Virus record (IMG/VR): IMGVR_UViG_3300013368_000005
Span: 96,001 to 160,000 of that record
Direction: 5' to 3' (one strand)
DNA: 64,000 nt
DNA from: a virus
Lineage: Duplodnaviria > Caudoviricetes
The notes beneath the pieces were generated by a model. The model searched no databases and had not been told where the DNA came from. It was given only the letters and a program-made list of their open reading frames with translations. Made by a program: the position numbers and the translations under genes. Within the stretch, counting starts at the first letter, position 1. Every line of letters begins with the position of its first letter. Positions 10,323 through 18,304 of the stretch are shown piece after piece.

Positions 10323-11084
10323 TTATTGATATATAAAACTATAATCATACTCTTCTGTATATAAACTTATTTGATTATTATTTATTTTCTTTTCTAACAT
10401 TGTTATTTTATTTATATTTTTATACCCTTTATAGTTATAAGTATATTTAATTTCACTAGTTTTAGTTGTATTATCATTATTTATAACACATATTTCTTTA
10501 ATTAATTTATCTCTATTATACTCATAATTACATTTTATATTATTATTAGATTCATATAATCCATGTTGGCAATAAGATAAAATATTTCCTAATGTATCTA
10601 ATTTAACCAATCCTCTATCTTTATCAGATTGTATACATACATTTATACTTCCATCTTCATTATTAGCATATTGAAAATTAAATTTTTTATGTCTTTTAGC
10701 AGATGATAAATGTTTATTAAAACTTTCCTTAATAATACTAGTTACTAGATTTTCTTGATTTATAAGATAATTTATACAACCAGTAAACTGTCCTTTATTA
10801 TACGTATATATAAATTCTAATTTATTATTATAATATATATACTCTCTATACTTTTCCATTTTGTCATTAATTAATAAAAATATTTCACTTATTAAATCTT
10901 TATACGAATGTATTAGATAAATTTTATTTTTCTTTTTATCATTTTGTATAATAGTCTCATATATTCTTCGTGAATTAGTATCAAAATCATAAATAGCATA
11001 TTCTTTTTTATTACATAATACAGTGCATTTATTAATACTATTTTTAAACATCGTTACTAGTTCGTCATTACTAAACTTGAACAT
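10323..11084 (-). CDS. Hypothetical protein with YD/RHS-like repeats
   Basis: YIYYNNKLE, YEYNRDKLIKE, YTYNYKG. First gene behind early promoter 11122-11135. Confidence 0.65.
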   Translation of the reverse strand: MFKFSNDELVTMFKNSINKCTVLCNKKEYAIYDFDTNSRRIYETIIQNDKKKNKIYLIHSYKDLISEIFLLINDKMEKYREYIYYNNKLEFIYTYNKGQFTGCINYLINQENLVTSIIKESFNKHLSSAKRHKKFNFQYANNEDGSINVCIQSDKDRGLVKLDTLGNILSYCQHGLYESNNNIKCNYEYNRDKLIKEICVINNDNTTKTSEIKYTYNYKGYKNINKITMLEKKINNNQISLYTEEYDYSFIYQ

Positions 11085-11121
11085 AAATAATTTCCCCCTT
11101 TATTTTGTTTTTATACATTTA

Positions 11122-11135
11122 TATAATATATAATT
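11122..11135 (-). promoter_or_regulatory. Early-type phage promoter
   Basis: AATTATATATTATA on the minus strand, heading the 11084-7441 cluster. Confidence 0.75.
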
Positions 11136-11219
11136 ACCTTATTGTTTACATATAAGTAACAGTGCTATACTAACCATATAAGGATGATATAGTTAGTTGT
11201 AATAAATAAAAATATGACT

Positions 11220-11231
11220 AACAATAAAGTA
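11220..11231 (+). promoter_or_regulatory. Late-type promoter of the helicase gene
   Basis: AACAataaagTA; a second match lies at 11158-11169. Confidence 0.65.
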
Positions 11232-11260
11232 CTCAATTAAAAATAATAGGGGTGGATGTT

Positions 11261-13084
11261 ATGAATTTAGAACGAAGAAAAAAATATCAAAATCAAGGTA
11301 GAACAGCAGTTCAAACAGATAAAAAAATAGATATAAATTTTGATTTAAATGCATTAAATTTAATGTGTGTATATGTATTATCAGAGAATAGAAATATAAG
11401 AAGATCTCATCTAATAAATATGAGAAACTTATTTGAAATAATAGATTTAGATTTATATATAAATGATATAGAAAAAATGAAGAGAGTAAATTTTATTAAA
11501 AAAGGATTGGAAGGAAAGCTATTACATAATTTAAAAAACTCTGTAATAGTTATGAAATATATAAATGGTGGATTAATGGATGATGATATTATTGATATAA
11601 ATAATTTTGTATCATTATCCAATGAAGAGTTAATGTGGATTAATGAAACAGTATCAGAGTCTTTAAACTATGCTTTCATCTATAATGATATAGATAAGAT
11701 GATTGATATATGTACAAGATTTAAAGCTGCTGATTATAGAAGCAGAGGGGTTATAGTAGACGAAATACAAGGACTTATAAATGATATGCAGACTAAATTC
11801 AGGAGGACAAGAGTTCAAAGTTTATCTGAAGTTAGTTTCTGTCTAAAACAAGGACTAATGGAAGAAGTAGTTGCAGATATTCATGAGCAATTAACAAGTC
11901 CATCACGTAGATTAATCACAGGAATGCAAGGATTAAATGAATTACTAGGTGGAGGATTTGAAAGTACTAGAGTTTATATGTTATTGGGTTTAACAGGTGT
12001 AGGTAAATCTGTAACATTATTAAATATAGCTTATCAAATTAAAAAATATAATAAATCTTATAAACCAAAAGACCCAACTAAAATTCCAGCAATTTTATAT
12101 GTAACGATGGAAAATACAGTTGCAGAGACTGTTGATAGATTGTTCACAATGTCTACAACAGCAGATGATATGAAAAATCATAGTAAAGAAGACGTAATAA
12201 ACATGCTTAGGACAGAAGGAGAATTATTCCTTACTGATTCTGATCCAATAGATATAGTAATTAAATTCGTGCCAGATAGATCGGTAGATACAGGATATCT
12301 ATATACAATGGTTGAGGATTTAGAAGATGAAGGATATGAAGTAATAGCATTAGTACAAGACCATATTAAGAAAATAAGGTCAGCATATAAACATAATGAT
12401 ATAAGATTGGAACTAGGTTCTATAGTGAATGAGTTTAAGGTATTTTCTGCTTTAAAGGACATGCCAGTTATAACTAACTCTCACTTAAATAGAGAAGCTG
12501 CTAGAGTTGTAGATGAAGGTAGGAAACATAATAAAGCTGATTTAACTAGAATGCTAGGACGAGCTAATGTTGGAGAATCAATGCTTATGATAGATAACTT
12601 AGATTGTGCATTCTTAATAGGATTAGAATTTGATGCTCAAGGTAATAAATATATGGCATTTAATAGAATTAAAATGAGATATAAAGCTACAAATAGGGAT
12701 TATATATGCCATCCGTTTGTTCCAGGAAATGGGATTAAACTTGTAGAAGATTATTATCTTCAAGTTCCTGTATTTAAAGATTCTCTCAAAGTACAACCAG
12801 AGGAAAGTAGTCTTTATAATGCTCATCAAGTTCAAAGAAAAGAACCTGCGTATGCGAGTAATATTAGAGATATTGATGATATCCTTACTAATAAAACTAT
12901 TGATGATGATGTAAATATATTTACAGCTTCAAGATATATGTCACAACCTAATATCACCCAAATATATCTGGAAGAAGATAATGTAATAGATGTTGAAACA
13001 ATGCCAGCATTAGTTGCAGGGAAGAGATCAACATCAACTCGTGAATTACAACCAATGGTAACATTTAAAAGAGATGTAGCGTAA
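11261..13084 (+). CDS. dnaB: DnaB-like replicative helicase
   Basis: ITGMQGLNELLGGGF, Walker A GLTGVGKS, YVTMEN, VQDHI, NSHLNR, IKMRY. Confidence 0.92.
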   Translation: MNLERRKKYQNQGRTAVQTDKKIDINFDLNALNLMCVYVLSENRNIRRSHLINMRNLFEIIDLDLYINDIEKMKRVNFIKKGLEGKLLHNLKNSVIVMKYINGGLMDDDIIDINNFVSLSNEELMWINETVSESLNYAFIYNDIDKMIDICTRFKAADYRSRGVIVDEIQGLINDMQTKFRRTRVQSLSEVSFCLKQGLMEEVVADIHEQLTSPSRRLITGMQGLNELLGGGFESTRVYMLLGLTGVGKSVTLLNIAYQIKKYNKSYKPKDPTKIPAILYVTMENTVAETVDRLFTMSTTADDMKNHSKEDVINMLRTEGELFLTDSDPIDIVIKFVPDRSVDTGYLYTMVEDLEDEGYEVIALVQDHIKKIRSAYKHNDIRLELGSIVNEFKVFSALKDMPVITNSHLNREAARVVDEGRKHNKADLTRMLGRANVGESMLMIDNLDCAFLIGLEFDAQGNKYMAFNRIKMRYKATNRDYICHPFVPGNGIKLVEDYYLQVPVFKDSLKVQPEESSLYNAHQVQRKEPAYASNIRDIDDILTNKTIDDDVNIFTASRYMSQPNITQIYLEEDNVIDVETMPALVAGKRSTSTRELQPMVTFKRDVA

Positions 13085-13096
13085 TGCTACATCTCT
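13070..13096. terminator. Hairpin spanning the stop codons of the convergent helicase and baseplate genes
   Basis: AGAGATGTAGC-gtaat-GCTACATCTCT. Confidence 0.6.
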
Positions 13097-13503
13097 TCTA
13101 GTTTGTATCTATTATTTAAAATAAGTTCTTTCTCAGAATTATATATAGAAGATAATAATGATTGTACCACATCAACTCTAAGCATTTTTAGTTTTCTAAA
13201 ATTAAATTCTTTTACATTACAAATATTATTCATATATAATATAAGAAAATATAATTCTGTTGAACCATATATATCATACGCTAATAATTTAGGTTTATAA
13301 ACATATTTCTGATATTCTGTTTCAGTAAACTCTACAGTAACTGATAGATCATTCAATTCGTGTAGATAGTCATTTAAAACATTGTATATTACTAGCTGTA
13401 CATTATTCATTTTTTCTATTATAGATAATTCTTGATATGCGATCTTAGTAACTGGTGCAGATGCTATAAATTGTTCAACTGTATAAGTTTGTTCTGGTCT
13501 CAT
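13087..13503 (-). CDS. Baseplate wedge protein (T4 gp53/LysM-like)
   Basis: YKPKLLAYDIYGSTELYFLILYMN matches the gp53/LysM pattern. Confidence 0.7.
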   Translation of the reverse strand: MRPEQTYTVEQFIASAPVTKIAYQELSIIEKMNNVQLVIYNVLNDYLHELNDLSVTVEFTETEYQKYVYKPKLLAYDIYGSTELYFLILYMNNICNVKEFNFRKLKMLRVDVVQSLLSSIYNSEKELILNNRYKLEEM

Positions 13504-13505
13504 AA

Positions 13506-14057
13506 TTAAATCCTCCCTATTATTTTACATTCATTTATATTTCCACCTGCAAAAGATACTATAAATTTGTCTCCAGCTTTTCCTTGAGGGTCAGGATTTT
13601 TAATGTCATGATTTAAGTCTGGAGCATCCATATTTATTCCAGATGATGATATAGGTGATTCTGCTATGACAGAATCTATTCTACTATCTGCATATGATTT
13701 TATTTCATTCATTTTATTTTGTGCAAATTGTAATACTTCTGATATTCTATTATCTGAATCTGTTATACTTTTATTTACATAATCATATATATGATTATAA
13801 TCTGCTAATTGCAAAGGAACATATAAATTTATATAGTTTCCTGTAACTATATCTCCTATAACTAAGTTTTTGGAATCTTTATTCATTATATTTTTCTTTA
13901 TAATAGAATGACTTGTTAATTTGGCATATTTATTATCTATAAGTGACATTAGAGCAGGAATAAAAAATTGAACAGTATCTCCATATTTATAATCATTCAT
14001 TGCTATAGCGACTTCGTTATAATCGGTTTCTGTACCTATAAATGTTGAATTATTCAT
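13506..14057 (-). CDS. Putative baseplate hub/spike OB-fold protein
   Basis: C-terminal GDKFIVSFAGGNINECKIIG resembles the gp5/gpV OB-fold motif; co-transcribed with the gp53-like gene. Confidence 0.5.
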   Translation of the reverse strand: MNNSTFIGTETDYNEVAIAMNDYKYGDTVQFFIPALMSLIDNKYAKLTSHSIIKKNIMNKDSKNLVIGDIVTGNYINLYVPLQLADYNHIYDYVNKSITDSDNRISEVLQFAQNKMNEIKSYADSRIDSVIAESPISSSGINMDAPDLNHDIKNPDPQGKAGDKFIVSFAGGNINECKIIGRI

Positions 14058-14072
14058 TTTAACTTACCTCCT

Positions 14073-14099
14073 AACAATAAATTAAATTAATAAAATGTT
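14073..14099. promoter_or_regulatory. Face-to-face late-type promoters (plus 14073-14084, minus 14088-14099)
   Basis: AACAataaatTA and AACAttttatTA between divergent genes. Confidence 0.65.
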
Positions 14100-14133
14100 G
14101 ATACAATAAATTAAAAATTAGGAGTGATACTAA

Positions 14134-14574
14134 ATGGATAAAATTACGTATACAATAATGAATGAAATAGGATTAGATATAGACGTTCTAGGAAGAGTAG
14201 TTGATCAGGATTATGATACAGTTATTTATATGAACGGTAAAACAATTAAAGCAAATTATAACGATAATATAAATACACCTATAGCTAGAAATGAGGTATT
14301 ATTTAACCCATTATTCGATGCCAAACTTGGTAAATATTTATTTGGATACTATTTAAAAAAAATAGCAGAGTTAGATGAAAGAAAATTTGATTTATTCTAT
14401 GCTCAACAGGATTCTACTGATAATAGAAAATCGTATTTAGAAATTAGGGGAGCAGATGAGGTTATACGTGGTAAATCATATTTCTCTGAAAGTCTAAAAA
14501 TTATGGATTTACTTTTAAGAACAGCAGGTCATTTAGATACAGATTTGTCTTTTCTTGACAATCAAATGATATAA
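14134..14574 (+). CDS. Hypothetical protein
   Basis: ORF with AGGAG RBS. Confidence 0.8.
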   Translation: MDKITYTIMNEIGLDIDVLGRVVDQDYDTVIYMNGKTIKANYNDNINTPIARNEVLFNPLFDAKLGKYLFGYYLKKIAELDERKFDLFYAQQDSTDNRKSYLEIRGADEVIRGKSYFSESLKIMDLLLRTAGHLDTDLSFLDNQMI

Positions 14575-14592
14575 TGGAATGAGGTAATATAT

Positions 14593-15792
14593 ATGAGGCA
14601 TATTACTTTAACAAAGAAACAGCAATATGTAGTAGATGAAGCCGCTAAATTCTGGAAAAGTGATTCTGAACAGATATTCCAATATGCTGGAGAAGCAGGA
14701 ACAGGGAAGTCTATAGTTTTGGAAGCTATAAAAGAAAGATTAGGTATACCAGCAAGAAAAATAGCTCCTATGGCTTATATAGGTCAAGCAGCTATTATTA
14801 TGAGAATGAAAGGGATGACTAATGCCAAGACGGTTTACTCTTGGCTTTTTAATCCTGTTGAGGATTATTTATTAGACAAGGATGGACGTATTGTAAAAGA
14901 TACATATTTCAATACTCCTAAATATACCATAAAATTTGAACCAAAACCTTTAGATGATATAGATTTAATGCTTATAGATGAAGCTCCATCGTGTCCATAT
15001 GATTTGAGAGGAGAAATCGTTTCAAGAAATAAAAAAATTATAGCTACTGGAGATTTAGGTCAACTACCTCCAGTATACGGAAAACCTGCTTTCTTGTATG
15101 AGGGCAAAGTTCATATATTAACAGATGTTATGGCTCAACAAAGTGGTTCTGCATTATTATATTTAGCTTATAGAGCGAGAAGAGGATTACCTATACACCC
15201 AGGATTTTATGGTGATGTATTAGTAATAGAAGAGAATGATTTAACAGATCAGATGATAATAGGTTCAGACATTGTCATATGTGCAAAAAATGCTACAAGA
15301 GATAAAATAAATAAAAGAGTTAGACATGATATTCTACATATATATTCAGATTTACCTACTTGTGGTGAACGTGTAGTATGTAGGAGGAATAATTGGACCA
15401 CAGAAGTAGATGGAATAAATTTAGCAAATGGGTTACTAGGAACTGTAGTTAATATGCCTAGTGTTGAAGGTTTTGACGGAAAAGCATTTACTATGAGTTT
15501 TAAACCAAACTTTATAAATGGGTATTTCTCTAATTTAAAGTGTGATTATAACTATCTCATAGCTCCCCATGAACAAAAACAAATGTTAAAAAATAATAAA
15601 TTTAATCGATCTGAAAAATTTGAATTTGCTTATGCTATAACTTGTCATATGGCTCAAGGTGGCAGATTTAGAAATGGTATATATATTGAAGAATTTTTAA
15701 ATAAAGATATACAAAATAATTTAAATTATACTGGTATAACCAGATTTTCTAATTCTCTGATATATGTAAAGAGAAGTAAAAAATACTACTAG
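14593..15792 (+). CDS. Dda/RecD-like SF1B helicase
   Basis: GEAGTGKS, IDEA, GDLGQLPPV, FAYAITCHMAQG, YTGITR. Confidence 0.9.
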   Translation: MRHITLTKKQQYVVDEAAKFWKSDSEQIFQYAGEAGTGKSIVLEAIKERLGIPARKIAPMAYIGQAAIIMRMKGMTNAKTVYSWLFNPVEDYLLDKDGRIVKDTYFNTPKYTIKFEPKPLDDIDLMLIDEAPSCPYDLRGEIVSRNKKIIATGDLGQLPPVYGKPAFLYEGKVHILTDVMAQQSGSALLYLAYRARRGLPIHPGFYGDVLVIEENDLTDQMIIGSDIVICAKNATRDKINKRVRHDILHIYSDLPTCGERVVCRRNNWTTEVDGINLANGLLGTVVNMPSVEGFDGKAFTMSFKPNFINGYFSNLKCDYNYLIAPHEQKQMLKNNKFNRSEKFEFAYAITCHMAQGGRFRNGIYIEEFLNKDIQNNLNYTGITRFSNSLIYVKRSKKYY

Positions 15793-15805
15793 TAAAAATA
15801 AATTT

Positions 15806-15819
15806 AATCATATATTATA
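15806..15819 (+). promoter_or_regulatory. Early-type phage promoter
   Basis: AATCATATATTATA. Confidence 0.7.
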
Positions 15820-15882
15820 GATATGAACTAGAATAGAATATAGTTCATATCTATAATAAATTATGAAGGAGAGATATAAATA

Positions 15883-16293
15883 ATGAATAATGATAAAGAA
15901 TTAAAACCAATGGTAGTGTTTAACGAAGGGTTAAACGATGACGAAAGAGTAGCAAAAATAGCGAAAGTACTAGAATGCAATGAGAATAGAAACATTGCAG
16001 AAGAAGAGTTATTAAATGGCTCAAAGAAAAAATATCTTATCTTATATTATATGATAGGAGATGATAATGATATTATAAAAGGCTGGGATGAAATCAAAGG
16101 AAGAGAATCAGCTTTCAAATTTATAAAGAGCATGGTAGATAGTATAGATATACATGCTTCTAAGATAATGGTAGATACAGTTCCATTTTCAGAAGCTGTG
16201 AGTATATATGAGTTTATGCAACATGTACAAGGATTAATTGATGATGAGTTCGATATTGAAGATTACAATAACGGACAAAACATAATAGATTAA
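15883..16293 (+). CDS. Hypothetical protein with N-terminal KPMVVF motif
   Basis: ORF with AAGGAG RBS and early promoter 15806-15819. Confidence 0.8.
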   Translation: MNNDKELKPMVVFNEGLNDDERVAKIAKVLECNENRNIAEEELLNGSKKKYLILYYMIGDDNDIIKGWDEIKGRESAFKFIKSMVDSIDIHASKIMVDTVPFSEAVSIYEFMQHVQGLIDDEFDIEDYNNGQNIID

Positions 16294-16312
16294 AAATGAA
16301 AGGGGGATTATT

Positions 16313-16759
16313 ATGGCAGCAAAACATAATAATAACAAGAAAAAAAATAACTATTTTACAAAAGCAATTCAAAGGTATAATGACCCAGATTTTATAAAAT
16401 ATAAAAATGCCAAAGAATTAGAATTTGAGTCAAATATCATATTTAGAGAATTAGCTTCAGGAAAAATCGATATTGTTGAATTTGGGTGTTACTTTGTAAA
16501 TCCAGATTTATTAAATGCTATGATTAAGGTATCTTATGAGAAATATATATTCTATTATTATTCTCATCAAGGTATGCAAGCTTTAGCACAATTAAAAGGA
16601 GCAGATGCTACAATTTCTATGGTCCAAGATGCTCATAGAAGAAGCACAGAGGCTTATAGAATATTAAATGAAGGATTACAACATCTAGCAGCAACAGGTG
16701 ACCCTAATCAAGTATTTGCATTAGCAAATCTGTTGTTTAATTATAGAAGTTGTTTTTAG
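16313..16759 (+). CDS. Hypothetical protein
   Basis: ORF with AGGGGG RBS. Confidence 0.8.
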   Translation: MAAKHNNNKKKNNYFTKAIQRYNDPDFIKYKNAKELEFESNIIFRELASGKIDIVEFGCYFVNPDLLNAMIKVSYEKYIFYYYSHQGMQALAQLKGADATISMVQDAHRRSTEAYRILNEGLQHLAATGDPNQVFALANLLFNYRSCF

Positions 16760-16802
16760 GAATTACTTTCCTAACAATTAAATATATGATAAATAAAGGG
16801 GG

Positions 16803-17168
16803 ATGAGGAATATGACCAAAGAGCAAATAGGAAAATTAAAAGAACTATTTGATGAAAAAACATTTAGAATATTTGTAGATAACGCTATGATAGTAGATGA
16901 AAGGGCTGAAGGTACAGAAATTGTTTGGGATGATGTTAATGAATTTATGTATGTTATAAGACCTAATTCTGTAAACTACAATAATCAAGCAAACCAACCT
17001 TTTACATTTGAGATTTTTGCATATGAGAATATACAAAAAATCTTAACAGAAAATAATGAAGTAGAGATTAAAGATAAATTAAATATCTTAAAAAATAATT
17101 CTCTACTTACAGAAGAACAATATAATAATATAATTGAAACTACTATAAAGAAATATAGAATAATATAA
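16803..17168 (+). CDS. Hypothetical protein
   Basis: ORF behind late-type promoter 16773-16784. Confidence 0.75.
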   Translation: MRNMTKEQIGKLKELFDEKTFRIFVDNAMIVDERAEGTEIVWDDVNEFMYVIRPNSVNYNNQANQPFTFEIFAYENIQKILTENNEVEIKDKLNILKNNSLLTEEQYNNIIETTIKKYRII

Positions 17169-17193
17169 AAAAGTACATTGCAAACAAAATTAT

Positions 17194-17207
17194 AATTGTA
17201 TATTATA
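17194..17207 (+). promoter_or_regulatory. Early-type phage promoter
   Basis: AATTGTATATTATA. Confidence 0.7.
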
Positions 17208-17265
17208 GTAGTGTAAAATAATATAATAATAAATAAAATATATGAATTTTAAGGAGGAAATATTT

Positions 17266-18162
17266 ATGTTTAACAATTATGGACAACCACAACAAAACTT
17301 ATACGGTGCTGGATTCGGTAATGGAATGGGTATGCAATATGCACCTGTAAACCAAGCTAAAATGACTCAGCCACTAAGTGAAGAGGATAAGAAATTATTA
17401 AGACAAAATTCAGATAATTTCAGTTTACAAGTTTCACCAATGGAGCTAAAAAGATCAGTATGTACCCACAAAGATGCTAATAAAATAACATTAATTGATA
17501 ATGGAAATGGAACAGCTACATGCACAATTTGTGGTGCAACATTTGAACTAGTAAATGAGCCAGAAGAGCAAATCGAAGGATTAACTAGAGATGTAATCAG
17601 TGTATTACAATCTATTAAAACTTACTTCTTAGATATACCAGAGCAGTACGCAAATGAATACTTTAAAGTAATTCCACTATTAGAGAAATTACCAGTATTC
17701 TATAAAATGGCTAGAAGTAACTGGAGAAGATATGAGAATGCAAATCCATTACAAAATGCTAATGGAATGTACTCTTACAACTTACTTCAAAATATAACAA
17801 GCCCTGGATATGCACAAGCACCAGGAATGATGCCACAAATGTCTCCATATGGAGCACCAATGGGAACACCAGCAATGGGTGGATATCCACAACAATCACC
17901 AGATATGTTCGGAGGATACCCACAACAACAACAACAATCTTATGGAAATAACCCATTTGGAAATTATGGTCAAGCACCAGCTCCAGGATACAATCCAGCA
18001 TTAGATGGTAGTTATGGTCAACAACAAGGTTATGGTCAAGCACCAGCTCCACAACCAACAAGTGGACCACAACCAACAGCAAGTTACCAACCACAAAATT
18101 TAAATAATACAGAGCGTGTAGAAAACGGACAAGTTAAAACTACAGCTACAATGACAGTATAA
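17266..18162 (+). CDS. Zn-ribbon protein with long Q/G/Y/P/M-rich disordered regions
   Basis: CTH...CTIC core flanked by low-complexity segments. AAGGAGG RBS, own early promoter and terminator. Confidence 0.85.
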   Translation: MFNNYGQPQQNLYGAGFGNGMGMQYAPVNQAKMTQPLSEEDKKLLRQNSDNFSLQVSPMELKRSVCTHKDANKITLIDNGNGTATCTICGATFELVNEPEEQIEGLTRDVISVLQSIKTYFLDIPEQYANEYFKVIPLLEKLPVFYKMARSNWRRYENANPLQNANGMYSYNLLQNITSPGYAQAPGMMPQMSPYGAPMGTPAMGGYPQQSPDMFGGYPQQQQQSYGNNPFGNYGQAPAPGYNPALDGSYGQQQGYGQAPAPQPTSGPQPTASYQPQNLNNTERVENGQVKTTATMTV

Positions 18163-18172
18163 TATAATTAAA

Positions 18173-18206
18173 GAAGATGTAAGAGAAATCTTACATCTTC
18201 ATTTTA
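18173..18206 (+). terminator. Intrinsic terminator
   Basis: GAAGATGTAAGA-gaaa-TCTTACATCTTC followed by a T-rich tail. Confidence 0.75.
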
Positions 18207-18246
18207 TTGTTATTATAACATATTTTTTCTATGTTACTGGTTATTG

Positions 18247-18280
18247 AATTATATATTATATAATTGATAACAAGATAATA
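18247..18280 (+). promoter_or_regulatory. Tandem early (18247-18260) and late (18269-18280) promoters of gyrB
   Basis: AATTATATATTATA followed by AACAagataaTA. Confidence 0.7.
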
Positions 18281-18304
18281 ATGACGATGAAGGAGGATTT
18301 AGGG

